A program made the translations under genes and the position numbers. From Eledone cirrhosa (Eukaryota), in the NCBI GenBank assembly GCA_964016885.1, contig OZ024742.1, positions 250,294,001 through 250,358,000 on the forward strand: DNA of 64,000 bases, written 5' to 3'. Below the pieces are notes generated by a model. It was not told the origin of the DNA. It worked only from the letters and a program-made list of their open reading frames with translations, and searched no databases. This document shows positions 29,069-42,353 of the stretch, piece by piece. Each line of letters starts with the position of its first letter. Positions within the stretch are counted from its first letter, which is position 1.

Positions 29069-29131
29069 ACATACATACATAAGTTCGATTATGGTAATAT
29101 CAAATGTAAATTCTGCATTCATACAAGCTAA

Positions 29132-29262
29132 ATATAACTGTTTCTACTTTTGGCACAAGGCCAGTAATTATCCAGTACATTACTGGTATTTTTTTCTCGA
29201 CCTCGAAAGGTTGAGAGGCAATGTAGACATCGGCGAGATTTGATTTCAATGGATGTGGCCAT
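29132..29262 (-). mobile_element. Degraded tRNA-type SINE fragment
   Basis: TGTTTCTACTTTTGGCACAAGGCCAG... homologous to the 35518, 51196, 54747 and 62272 copies. Confidence 0.7.
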
Positions 29263-29331
29263 GTAAATCACATCTATTCCTTTGCTCAGTATCGTTACAA
29301 AACATTTTCTGTACACACATACAAAAACGAA

Positions 29332-29454
<123 letters not shown>

Positions 29455-29584
29455 TACCTAGAAGAGTGTCTATCAGTTACGGGTTTCACTCAATGAATGA
29501 ATGAATTAATTAATTAATAAATTAGTCAGAGGATTATAAATTCATAAGTGGGAAAAGCAAACAAGATTAAACTTTACCTCAATT

Positions 29585-29697
<113 letters not shown>

Positions 29698-30076
29698 GTG
29701 TATATACATATATGGAAATGATTCTGTAACCCGGGTCGATTTTGTAGGCCGTGATCACCAAAGACAAGAACTACTGGTCACACTGCCGCTTCTCTCCGCA
29801 AATATCCTTCCTAGGATACATTGAGTTCTAACAACGTCATCAGCCCCACCACAACCAGGTGGACTCCAATATATATATATATTTGTGTGTGAGTGTTCAA
29901 TAATTTGTTCTATACTCCCTACGGTTTAGTAAAAACAGGCTGGAATGGGCTGGTATCTCTAGTATCCTATTACTTGCCAATCATCCCTCTCTTGCCACTC
30001 TTCCAATGACTGCCTAGCACATAATATTTTTCGCTTTCAACCCCCCCCCCCCCCCTCTAGCCGTCACTTGATAATA

Positions 30077-30170
30077 TCTCTGGAAGAGCTAATGATGTAT
30101 CCCAGCATTGGATATCCTAAATTAGTAGAATTTCCAAGTCGGTTCGTACACGCCGAAACTGCAGTCGGGA
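30077..30170 (+). ncRNA. Hammerhead-like motif with long stem II (degenerate)
   Basis: tctCTGGAAGAGC...GCC-GAAA-CTGCAG-TC-GGGA; palindromic stem III typical of PLE minimal HHRs. Confidence 0.5.
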
Positions 30171-30224
30171 CAATGAAATAAATGAAGTAACTTTTTATAT
30201 TGTTAGATTTTCCCATTCTTAAAG

Positions 30225-30265
<41 letters not shown>

Positions 30266-30442
30266 GGGGGGGGGGCGTGTGTGTGTGTGTGTGTGTTTGA
30301 AGACCAGTGAGATAGAGCTCAAACCATGTGAATATCCTGTATAACTAGGTGAAGATATTTTTAGTCAGAAAAGCCATATGTATACTTATAGGATAGCAAA
30401 TTTAGATGTATAGATGAAGGCAATGATACTAACACGAAACAT

Positions 30443-30523
<81 letters not shown>

Positions 30524-30671
30524 ATATATATATATATATATAGTGAGAAAGAGAAACAGAAAGAGTAAGCGAAATATAGATAAGGATATATCATAGATGG
30601 CTAGATAGATAAAAAATATATACGATAAAATAACAAAGATAGAAGAGAGAACAATATATAATAAATACCGC

Positions 30672-30685
30672 AGTAGTAGTAGTAT

Positions 30686-30763
<78 letters not shown>

Positions 30764-30779
30764 CAGCAGCAGCAGCACC

Positions 30780-30817
<38 letters not shown>

Positions 30818-30850
30818 CTGCAGCATCAGCAACACCGACAGCAACAGCAG
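30672..30850. repeat. (GTA)n/(GCA)n trinucleotide repeat
   Basis: Direct reading. Confidence 0.95.
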
Positions 30851-32529
30851 TGGCACGGTAGGCCGTGAGATGTGGAGCTAAAGTGCTGAGGATTTGAAAG
30901 CTGATGAATTGCAAGTTTTGCTATATCAGCAATGATATTATGGTATTTAATACTTTTCCTTTACTCTAGTTAGTATTTACGTGGGACTGGAACTATTCTT
31001 GTAGTCATGTTGCTATGGCATGTAGTGTCACGAAAACTACAATCTGGCACTTTCACCATCTACCATTTTAAGAGTTCTGATTAGAACTTTTAAAGATGAC
31101 AACAGTTGCGAGAAGCAAGGAACTAGCTGTCATTTGATAATTACAAGTATTTTAAGTGGTTTTGGTTTATGTACGAACATCGAAGACAAGATAACTGATA
31201 AGGATACAAATAGACGCGATATTTGTGGTGGTGTTGTTGTTTACCGACTTTAGTGATGTATGTCTATAAACTCACTTATGACCAACACTTTGAAAACAGG
31301 CAGCAACGACTGATAAACGTGTGTACTTTAAAGAAAATTGTTATAGGAAGATATGTTCTAATAATTTAATCAGGTAATCGTAAATGTAAGGTACACTTGG
31401 TGTATTCATGCCATTTTTTCATAATCTGGCGGACAGCTGAAAAACCGAATATCCTTACACTTCAAGTTCTTCAAATTTAACCCTGTTCACATTCAACCGC
31501 TTAAAATTGTCCATGCTTCTAACATACAAAGCTTTTAAGGTGTTGAATTTATCTAAAAGTAACTTCCATTATAATTTTACGTGAGAACATTTTTTAAATT
31601 ATGTTCCAAACACCAGCTTCGTAAGGATAACATTAGTTATATTACTAAATCCCCCCCCCCCCATTCATGATTGGTCTGATGATTGATTGGTTTCATCTAG
31701 GTGTGGTACCTTGTGATTCCCCCCCCCCCAAAAAAAATTATTATTATTATTAGTGTTGTTGTTGTTGTTGTTGTTATTATTATCATCACTATTTGTGTTC
31801 TAGATGGTGTTGTGTTTGCTGGTGTTCATGTCGTTTTTGATGTTGTTCTTGCTACAGTTGTTGATGCTATTGACATTGTTGCTTTTTGGGGATTTTCCCC
31901 TTACTGTTGATGTTGCTGTTGTTGCTGTTGCTGTTGCTGATGCTATCGCCGCTGCTATTGTTGTTGTTAATGTAATTATTATTACTATTATCTCTCTAAC
32001 TATCAGATAGAAGAAGCATCATTCCACGCTGACACTGAGTATATATTAACGAGGATAATTAATTGAGATCCACTAATAAAAATGTAAAGTATAACATAGA
32101 TATGTATTATATAAAAACACAGAACACTTCTATCTGAATCTGTAATCTTTATGTTTGTTGTGTACTTGTTATCTCAACTCTATTCTGATCCTCTCAGAAA
32201 CGGCTGGGCGTGGTAGCTTCTCTGATGTTCAGCCGTTCATTTGCCCGTTTCTACACCAAGCTCATTCAACCTTTATCTATCTCTCAAGTGGTCTTCTCTT
32301 TGAATTTTCACATAAATATATGTATGTAGAGCAACGTGGGAGGGAGAAGGCGAGGGAGAGGTAAAGTGTGGGGAGAGGGAGAGTGACAGATTGGAAAGAT
32401 AAATGAACTAGGAATTATGTGCTGGTACACATCATATATTAAGTAGCATATATAAATAATAAATACATACTCACATGCAACACTAACACACTCATTTTTA
32501 TTTGTATACTTATATATGTATTATACATA

Positions 32530-32564
<35 letters not shown>

Positions 32565-32718
32565 AAAGAGTCGAACTCACTGTTGCAGCATATGTACAAA
32601 TTTTATTTGCATATTACAAATGTTTCGATATCGTTCAGCTTAGGGTACAATCAAGATGACTGGATCCGACTCTTTTTCGCCACCTCAGGAGATATGTGAA
32701 CTTATGAAGCTACATCTG

Positions 32719-32800
<82 letters not shown>

Positions 32801-33239
32801 CAGACAACGTGCTAGGAGGTAATTCAGAGATATCATCCCCTTCCACCATCACTACCATCACCCCCCTCTCCCCACTTATTGTGTGCTCCTATGTTTCATC
32901 TTGAGTCTTCGATGTTTTGCTACATACTGAACCTTTGAATGCCATCCGCCATTGAACTAAGAATATCAATCTCTGTTTGAGAATCGTCGCAGTATGAATT
33001 GCCTTTTTCCTGTCTCACCATTTTATCCTTAATCTCTGGAGAGCGAATCAGCTTTAATGAACTTCAGGCATTTTATTCAAGTCTTTCATTTCATTTATGA
33101 CAATTTCTTGCAAGACGATGCAAAAGTTTGTGCATGAGAGGGAATCGTGTGATTGTAGGTAACATTGTCTCAGAAATATATCTACATCAAACCAATAAAT
33201 CAGCAGACCAACAATTAAGAACATATTTATGTACCAGCT

Positions 33240-35250
33240 ACATGACCCTATGTGGTTGGTCGAAGTCCACACTGACGCATTAGGAAAATCTAGTCGGTAC
33301 CTGTAGGAACTGGCTGATCAGGTACTTGAGCGTTTTGTACCCCAGCTTCTATCAGCGTGCGTCTAGATGCCGTTCCAGTCACAAGGGCAAGACGTTCCCA
33401 GAAAGGCTTCCGGACACCAAAAGAGGTGCGGCCTCCGACCCCGGTAGGGGCGCAGACGGCCACCTGTCTAAAGGCACCTTCGTTTGCTAGTGTTCATGTC
33501 CACCAAAACCGTCCGTATCCCGGAATATCGATCTGACCTCGAGATCGAGGCCTTTCCTAAACAGCTCTGCCACCTCACCTCCCATTCTCAGCCGACTAAT
33601 AGATGCGAAGATCTGATAGTCGTCGACATGGGGGTTAGTGCGCGTGTGTCGGAAATCCTGGTCTCAGTGACGGCAATCACATCCATATCTAGAGACCTAA
33701 GCTCGTTGAGCAGGTGATCCTTTTTCCAGGACGACCCCAGGCCACGAAGTGGTGGTGGTCGTGGTGGTTGTGATGTCTCTATTTTCTGTTGTTAAAGTGC
33801 GTGTGATGTGTAGAGGATTTTTTGTGTGCCTTACATTTTGTTTATTTTCTTTAGGTTTTGACTTCTGTTCGCTCCTGGAAGACGAGCTGCCTGTGTCTGT
33901 AAGTGTGCCTCTGTTAGTCTGTGTGTTTGTGTTTATGTCAATATGTATATTTGGTGTGTGGGATGGGAGAGCTTTCCTCGTTTTCCCACTGAGTGTCCAA
34001 AGTTGGTCGTGGCGTTTTCCGCTTGTCTTGCTGCTGCTGACATCGGTGATCGTCTCCGCCTAGGGGTCGGCAACAGTGGAAGCTTACGACTCCTTGCACT
34101 TTTTAGCTGAGGGCAGAAGACTGACAAATGTGTTCTTTTGCTGCAGACGAAACAGTGTGGGTTTTTGCCCTCGGTCATTACCTGCAGAGACGTCCAGTTT
34201 TGGAAATAGACGTATTCCAGGATTTTTCTCAGGTCTTCAGGTCAGATCTGGAGAGGTATATCCAGGTCAACCTCGTAACATTCCTCCCAAGCTGTTCTTG
34301 TTGCCTCGATCAGGACGACAGCAGTCTCCATCAGAATCACACATTCAAGGAGACACCACAAGTCTTGTCCTGATGGAATCCTGGGAATGCGGGCACTTAC
34401 AGTTTTTTCTCATGTAAGAGGGTTACATGATGACTTTGTTGGTTTTGCAAGGGGTCACCGAGAGTTCACAGCGAGGGCTTCTGAGTTAAACAACACTCTA
34501 GATGGTACCGTATTGTCTGCTCCTCGCTCTGTCCCTAGTGTCATCTCTGATGCACCCCAGCGCAACTTCAGTTTCGGCTTGGGAATGATTGCCTCTTTTT
34601 CAATCTGCTCTGAAATGCATCTAAACACCGCCGTGCTCTACTCCACTGCTTCTATGGCCTCTGCCACGATGGTTAAGTAGGCCCAGGTTTGCTCTTGTTT
34701 AATAAGTTTCCATGTCTGGCTGAGGTCTATGCTAAAGCATGGACTTTTTGGGGCTGCTGTCCGTGATGCTGTTCCCGGTCACATTGTCGTTGGTGATGTT
34801 GTTGTTGCTGCTTTCACTCTTTTTCAAGTTGTTCATGTTGTTAGTGCTGTTGTTGTCGCCGTTGCAGCTGATGTTGGTGTTGTTCTTGGTGCAGTTGTTT
34901 TCGTTGTTGATTTTTATTACGTTCTTGCTCCTGGAGTTGCTGCTACCGTTGTTTGCATCACTTGTTTCGTTGTGGCTGTTGGGTGATGTCCTTGTTCATG
35001 TTGTTGTTGGTGATGGTGTTGCTAATTTTGTTGTTGGATGTTGTGTTTGTAATTGTTATTTTTTGTGTGTCCCCAATGGTGTTTGTTGTTGTTGCATTAT
35101 CCCCCTTCCCAACCTTTTAGTCACCGTCACGAGATGTCAAACGGAATTTTGGGATGGGGGTGTGTCAAACGTCCAAATATTTGGGCCAAAATCCCCAAAG
35201 TCTCCCCTTCACAGAGCAAAGACGGAAGATGCACAACTCTTTTTCAAAAG
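33240..35250 (-). mobile_element. L1/Tx1-like LINE 5' part: decayed ORF1 with zinc knuckle and APE endonuclease
   Basis: CFVCSKRTHLSVFCP (CX2CX4HX4C) at ~34110-34157. LRGLGSSWKKDHLLNELRSLDMDVIAVTETR at ~33660-33750 is an APE N-terminus; DWN motif at ~33375. Q/T-rich ORF1 N-terminus. RT absent. Confidence 0.8.
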
Positions 35251-35517
35251 ATACAATGCAATATAGTCTGAAAATGCTCTACCTTGCTCACAATAACTCT
35301 CCTTCACTGCCTGATAGCTAAAAATAATAATGATAATAATAAATATTCTGTGGTGATAAAAATCCCTGAATATCATAATGGAAACCTCAGGAGTTAGAAA
35401 TATATACAGAAAATATCACTACTAGTAATTGCACACATATTACACAGAGTACTGAAAGTAAAGCTTACCTGTTCGAAGCTTTACCGATACTGTCAATCCA
35501 CTGCCCTTGAATATAAA

Positions 35518-35710
35518 TAATTGTTTCTACTTTTGGCACAAGGTCAGCAATTATCCCAGTGCATTACTGGTACTTTATTTTATCGACCCCGTGAGAATGA
35601 AAGGCAAAGTTAACTTCGGCGGGATTTGAACTCAGAATGGCAATGGCCTTAACTCTCTGCGCCAAAGCATGGCGTTCGACCCTCTACCAATACTGCCAAT
35701 CCACCGCCCT
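35518..35710 (-). mobile_element. tRNA-type SINE, full length
   Basis: rc: GGCGGTGGATTGGCAGTATTGG (A box), GAGTTCAAATCCC (B box), central GCCTTTCATTCTCACGGGGTCGATAAAATAAAGTACC, tail AAACAATTATT. Confidence 0.85.
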
Positions 35711-36239
35711 TGAATATAAATAATAAATATACAATATATACGTTTTATTCAAGATTTTTATGTCGATGTTTATATGGTTTGTTTGTTGTAACAACTGCTA
35801 GTGTATTACTCGAATCTTCTGACTATTCTGCTTAGTGGATCTATATTTTATGTGGCTGTCATATTATGGTCCGTTCTATAGTTATGGTTCTACGAATTAT
35901 CTGTTTGTATTATCCTGGATATTTATAGTTATTTCTTAAATGTCCTTTATGTGTAAATATTTATCACTTATATTTATAAACTTTTACAAACCTTTCTATT
36001 TCACCGAGCGCAACTTTTCATTGTCAATGTAATGTAATGGATCTCCGTCTGTTTCATCAATGAAGGTACCAGTATTTTGAACAAGGGAATGTCTTCACGG
36101 GAAATTAATGTTATAGTGGCTGAGGACTTCACAGACACGTGAACCCTTAACATAATGCTTAGTGAAATTCAGCGTGACAGTGAAAGACAAGGCTTGCCTT
36201 TTAAATTATATGCGCAACACATTTTTCTTGCTTTTTCCT

Positions 36240-36360
36240 TCAGCTGGGTGGAGTGGAACAATGTAAAAAAAAGTGCTTTACTCGATAACATAACACACCA
36301 GCGAGATTCGAATTCATGATCTTATGATCACAACTTGAACACCCTTACCACTACGTTACA
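36240..36360 (-). mobile_element. Old tRNA-SINE head fragment (different family)
   Basis: rc TGTAACGTAGTGGTAAGG...GAATTCGAATCTC gives A/B-box-like motifs. Confidence 0.4.
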
Positions 36361-36485
36361 TGCCTTCAAATATATAGAAATATATAACTCCGTGTTCACA
36401 TACATACATACATACATACATACATACATACATACATACATACATACATACATACATACATACATACATACATACATACATACAT

Positions 36486-37083
36486 TGAATGTTCCAGTAA
36501 AAACCCCAATAAAATGCAGGCATAAGACCGGATATTATGATATGGGACAGGGAGAAGAAAGCATGCACAGTAGTGGAAATTAGCTGCCCAGCAGATGCCA
36601 ATATAATATCAAAGATTAGCGAAAAGGAGAATATTTATGCAGAATTGATGAGAAATCTGCAGATACTCCACCCTGATTACATCTTCAGATTTATGGCTGT
36701 GATTATTGGGGCACTGGGGTATGTTATTAACTGCCTCAATACAAATCTTGAGAAGCTAGGCTTCACAGGAACAGAAAGAACACAACTAGTTAGGAAATTA
36801 CAAGTACAATCCATTAAAGGAACAATAAAAATATGTAAAACATTCCAAAAGTTTTGCATCTAATAACTGCATATACACATGTACAGATACAAAGCATATA
36901 CACATGCACACATACAACTCAAAACATCCACATCCACACATACAATAACATCCATACCTACACATGCATACATAATCTACCTAGGTGATGTTGTGTAAAT
37001 TCCAATGAGAGAGTCTTGTGTCTATGTTACAAACCGACTCTCTTTCTATTGGTAAAAATTTGTGAAATTATAAAACCAGAACA
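36486..37083 (+). mobile_element. 3' fragment of the Dong-like family at 21.6-24.1 kb
   Basis: Nearly colinear with 23498-24122, same 3' terminus GTGAAATTATAAAACCAGAA; (CATA)n flanks. Confidence 0.9.
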
Positions 37084-37200
37084 ACATACATACACACATA
37101 CATAATATAATATATGTATATATGTATGTGTGTATGTGTATGTGCGTGTGTGTGTGTATGTGTCTAAATATATATATATATCCAAGGTTGTGTATTAATG

Positions 37201-37409
37201 CAGGCATGTAAAACTGAGGGTCCCCCGAGAGACACATGGGTCACATATGTGTTGTCTGAGGGCTACACATGACAACTAATTACGCAAATTATAACTAATA
37301 TTTTTTTAATTTTATATTACGCTCAAGCTGTAAAACCCTTTGTGCGGGACGCTGTTTGTGCTTGTAGAGGGCCACGTGCGGCCTGCGGGCCGCATGTTTG
37401 ACATGCCTG
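37201..37409. mobile_element. hAT-type MITE (209 bp)
   Basis: TIRs CAGGCATGTAAAA / TTTGACATGCCTG, subterminal GCGGCC motifs, 8-bp flanks TATTAATG and TAATAAAG (6/8 match). Confidence 0.8.
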
Positions 37410-37519
37410 TAATAAAGCATATACGATATATTTATGTCTAATGAAAATCATTTTAGACTCGTTATGAAATTTTAAATGCAGTGATCATGGGACTGGTATT
37501 TTAGCAACAAAGGGAAAGC

Positions 37520-37563
37520 ACCCTAACGGCACAGTTTCCGAATGTTTATCCATCATCAGAGAG
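37520..37563 (-). ncRNA. Type-I hammerhead ribozyme, intact core
   Basis: CTCT-CTGATGA-TGGAT-AAAC-ATTCG-GAAAC-TGTGCC-GTTA-GGGT; stems rely on G.U pairs. Confidence 0.55.
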
Positions 37564-38024
37564 TCGTACTTCATTGGTGCTAACACAAAATAAGTTACAT
37601 GTAACGTTATACGTTGTTTCTTTCTTTCTCGGTATCTCTCTGTCTGACTGTCTTTTTCTCGCTGTCTCATACCGACAGCAAATCAGAGATCCAAATGTCC
37701 GTCAGATACACCTGAGTAACCATCTAGCAACATGTGGTCAGAGAATATTTATAATATTTCCATTCTACAAATTACACATTTTATTGATAAATTCCAACCC
37801 AAGCTAAATGAACAATAACAATGGGCTATTATTCCTACTATGACTATGACTACAACCATGTCGACTACTACCACTAACAATAACAACAACAATAATAATA
37901 ATAAAACTGATGTTGATGGTGATGATTACTAAAAAATCCTATTTTCATCATTTTTAAAAATAGCAAAACAATTGATGCTTTGGGTAGGGACAAATAGTAG
38001 TCGTTAGACATGCTCAACCAACCG

Positions 38025-38165
38025 TGACGTCTAAACCAATCAGCTTTAGTAATCCAGTGAAACTACACACCGATTGGTCGAAATACAGTTTGCAGATTTT
38101 AGCATTCTGTAGCCGCTTTTCACTGTATATAAGGCACAAAATTTACCCTTCTCATTACAGTTGAA
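38025..38165 (+). promoter_or_regulatory. Pol II promoter-like motif cluster
   Basis: TGACGTC 38025, CCAAT 38036, ATTGG 38073, TATATAAG 38126, Inr-like TCATT/CAGTT 26-32 nt downstream of the TATA. Confidence 0.35.
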
Positions 38166-39010
38166 AATTGCAAACTTGACTGTCACCACAGAATATGAAC
38201 CTGAAGATTGCGAAAGCATGAAAGTACTTGTTCAATTAACACTTAACATTTAATATTCTACCATAATATTTCCTTATAATACCATTATAAATTTTAAAGG
38301 ATTGTAAATAAAACGAGTAAATCCGACAAAGTTGGAATTCCTTTTATTAATATCTCTATATATATAAAACGGTAGATGTCTGTCTGTGTGTGTGTGTATG
38401 ATGTTTATGCATTCCCACATTTCTCTACCGATTTTAATTAATTTTTTTCCAATGCGCTCCAAATTTACCAGAGCAAGTCAACACGTAATTATTTTTGCCA
38501 AAAATGTCCTGCTTCTATGAAAAAAAATTGATAAAACTAAATACATGCTGTAACCCTCTCTCTTACACGCTTCATTCCTCTCACTACTATCATCAAAAAT
38601 AGATGAAACTACATACATGTTGCAACTCTCTTTAAAAGGTTCCTCACTCGCTCTACTCCCCCCTTAATCTCCTCTGCAACTCTCTTTAAAAGGTTACTGC
38701 CTCCGTCTACTACCCTATCAATATTACAATTTAGAACGACAAAACTTCTTTTGAAGGAACGCGACACAAACTTTGAAACCGAAGCAACACAACAACCATA
38801 GCTTTACTCTCTCCGTCGCTCTTCCCTCTCTCTACAATAGATTATTCCGCCTCTCTACAGTCATAACGATATTCATACATCAAATATCAAAATTTAAAAA
38901 GCCGATAACATTAAATACATACTGCTCTCTCAACGTTACATTTTACATCAAATAACAAATATTCAAAAACAACAGATCAATTTATAAAACAACAAACGTA
39001 ACAATAACGA

Positions 39011-39335
39011 CCTCTCTATAATTTAACTGCTTTACTCCCTCTGCCGCTCTTCACTCCCTATATGACAACACTGCAGAGAGAGAAACAATGTATATGATCA
39101 AATGGAGCGTTCCGTATATGCTCCCCCCCCTCTATAATTTAACTGCTTTACTCTCTCTGTCTCTCTTCACTCCCTATATGACAACACTGCAGAGAGAGAA
39201 ACAATGTATATGATCAAATGGAGCGTTCCGTATATTCCCCCTCTCTATAATTTAACTGTTTTACTCTCTCTGTCGCTCTTCACTCCCTATATGACAACAC
39301 TGCAGTGGAGCGTTCCGTATTGAGCGTTCCGTACT
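39011..39335. repeat. ~115-bp tandem repeat, about 2.7 copies, in the Helitron 5' region
   Basis: CTCTATAATTTAACTG...ATGACAACACTGCAG...GGAGCGTTCCGTA recurs at ~39011, 39129 and 39241. Confidence 0.85.
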
Positions 39336-39429
39336 GACATACGGCTTATCTGGGGCATTTTCAATCGGCTTATTGCAAATAACAACCCGCAAAATAACAC
39401 TTCATATAACAGATTAATGCTATAGACAT

Positions 39430-42353
39430 ATGAATCAGAATGTAACCCATGAACTTTTTCCTAGGCAAAATTATTCGAACAGACATGATCTCATTGCTAG
39501 AGTATTCGGACTGAAACTGGCTAAACTCATGGCTTTAATCAAAAAGGGTCAGGTATTTGGGGCTGTAAAATGTGACATGTTCACCGTCGAATGGCAAAAA
39601 CGAGGGCTGCCACATGCTCACATTTTGATTTGGTTAGTTGATAAAATCAATTCAAATGCTATAGACAGCTTCATTTCGCCTGAAATCCCTAACCCAGCAA
39701 CTGACCAGGAATTACATGACATCGTCAAAGCTAACATGGTCCGTGTGCGTTGGGTCCTCATGAGCATCACACGTGTCTGAAAGGTGGTCGTGCAGTAATG
39801 GATACCAAAAACAATTTGTTGACCAGACTCAGACTGGTGGCGATGGGTACCCCCTGTACAGGCGGAGAGGGCCCGAGAGCGGTGACTTCACCACAACAGA
39901 AAAGGGAGGTCAAGTCGACAATAGATGGGTGGTCCCTTACTGCCCGCTTCTCTTGAAGATGTTCAACGCCCACATCAACGTTGAGTTTTGCAACTCCGTC
40001 AAGTTGATACATATGCAAATATGTAAATAAGGGTTCTGATGCCGCATTGTTCGCATTTCAAGCTGAAAATAGCAGGGACGAGGTCACAGAATACAATGAC
40101 GAGGCGGTACATCAGTAGCAATGAAGCTTTTAGGCGCTTATTTGGTTTACCCTTAGACCAAAGGCACCCCGCCACCGTACAGCTTGCGGTACATTTGGAA
40201 AATGGGCAAAGGGTTTATTTTACGGACCAACCCGCCACCAAGTTGGCCGCCGATCCGAAAGAGACCACTCTGATGGGTTTCTTCAAACTTTACCAGTTCT
40301 ATACATTTGCGCAAACAATTGTGTACCCCCAGGTTCCATCCTACTTTTATGGTCGAAAAACACTTGAGTGCGAAGAGGTCAGGTCAGGCTGTTGAAAGAC
40401 ATCCTGGTGTAAAATTTGACAGCTGCCTTGGAAGGGTTTACACTGTGCCCCCAAGTCAGCATGAGTGCTTTCATCTCCACCTTCTTCTGCATGAAGTTGT
40501 AGGCCCACAAAGTTTTCAGGACCTCAAAACTGTTGATGGAGAAATATGTGATACGTACCGGGAAGCCTGCTTTAAGCGAGGTATTTTGGAAGATGATTCG
40601 AAATGGGATTCCACTTTAGCAGAGGGTGCTTTGTTGAAATCACCTAAAGGTCTACGGGAACTCTTTGCCATTTTGCTTCAAAAGTGTGAATTGGCTGCTC
40701 CCCCCATTAAAAACGCCCCCCCCCCCCCCTCTCTGACCAACCAAATAAAAACGGACCCAACCCCCCAATAAAAAATGGATCCCCCCACCCCTCAAAATAA
40801 CGGATCACCCCCTCATAAAGACCGGACCCTTCCCCCCCCCCAAATAAAAAACGGATCCCCCCAATAAAAAAAACCGAGCCCACCCCAATAAAAAACGGAT
40901 CCCCCAAATAAAAAACGGACAACCCCCAATAAAAAACCGAGCCCCCTCAATAAAAAACGAACCTGCACCAAATAAAAAACGGATTCCAAATTTTAAAAAT
41001 TCCTCCCCCTCCCCCCAATAAAAAACGGACCCGATCCAATAAAAAACGGAACCACCCAATAAAAAAAGGACCCCCCCCCAATAAAAAATGGACCCCATCC
41101 CAATAAAAACCGGATCCCCCCAAATAAAAAACAGACCCTCACCCCCATAAAAAACGGATTCCAAATACCCCCCCCCCCCCAATAAAAACGGATCCCCCCA
41201 TAAAAAACGGACCCCTCCAAATAAAAAACGGATCCACCCAATAAAAAACGCCCCCCCCCACCATAAAAAACCGCTCCTGGGGGTACCGGAAAAACTTTTG
41301 TAACGAAATTGATTCTCACTAAGATTCGTCAGGAGAAAAAAGTTGCGTTGTTCGTTGCATCGTCCGGGATCGCTGCTACTTTGCTGCCAGGAGGCAGGAC
41401 AGCACATTCAACCTTTAAACTCCCTTTGGATTTCAGGGGATTTTCGGCAAACGCTGCCTGTCACCCCCAAAGGAACAAGAGCTGATGAAGTGCGTGCCTG
41501 CCTTAAGTCGTCCATGTTGTGGCTCCAGGTGAAGAGATTGTACCTGAGCACAAATATGCGTGCTCATTTGCATGGTGATAACATGTCTGCAGATTTGCTC
41601 AGAACATTTTTTCACTTGGTGAGGGCAAGGTCCCTGCGGATGACAAGGGCGGCATAGCAATCAACTCCCTTTGCAACATTGTGAGCAGCCCTTCTGACCT
41701 TTGGGAAGCAGTTTTTTCTGATGTCTCATCTAACTTTAAAAACCTCGATTGGCTCAGCGAAAGAGCCATCCTTGCTCCGAAAAATACCATGTTTAATTTT
41801 ATTAACGAGCAGCTGATTGAGAAGATTCCCGGTAAAGAGAACATCTTCAAATCTATCGACCGGACGTCAGATCCCGATGATATCGTTAATTATCCGGTTG
41901 AGTTATTAAATTCCCTTGAGCCCCCAGGGCATTATTAAGCTTAGGGTTGGCTGTCCCATTATGCTAATAAGGAACTTGCGTCCACCAAAGCAGTGCAACG
42001 GTACTCGCATGGTCGTCAAGTCACTGACGCCCCACTTGATTGAGGCCACCATTGTAACGGGGTGCGGAAGAGGGGAGAATGTTTTCATTCCAAGGATGAA
42101 CCTTTTCCCCTCGGCGGCAGATATCCCGTTCGATTTCCGGCGATCCTAATTCCCCGTGCGACCATGTTTTGTCATGTCCATTAACAAGTCACAAGGGCAA
42201 ACATTGTCGGTGGCGAGCATCCATTTGGGGGAGCCATGCTTCTCCCATGGCCAACTTTATATTGCCTGTTACGGCGTAGGGTGCAGGAATGGACTTTTTG
42301 CTTACACTCCTCAAGGGATGACACGCAATATCGTCTACAAAGAGGTGCTATAG
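39430..42353 (+). pseudogene. Helitron RepHel copy 1 (internally deleted, frameshifted)
   Basis: EWQKRGLPHAHILIW (HUH), DNRWVVPY, PGGTGKT at ~41275-41296, GDFRQ, CNGTR, SINKSQGQT, HGQLY. Confidence 0.9.
40699..41275. repeat. ~20-bp minisatellite (CCCCCAATAAAAAACGGAY)n inside RepHel copy 1
   Basis: Roughly 25-28 variable units with C and A homopolymer length variation. Confidence 0.9.

Noticed and set aside
30386-30914. Poly-Leu/poly-Thr ORFs resembling membrane or mucin proteins
   Set aside because: Translation of a (GTA)n repeat.
35620-35710. tRNA gene
   Set aside because: A/B boxes belong to a multi-copy SINE head; no cloverleaf.
40699-41275. CRISPR-like periodic array
   Set aside because: No unique spacers, no cas genes, eukaryotic context; it is a minisatellite.
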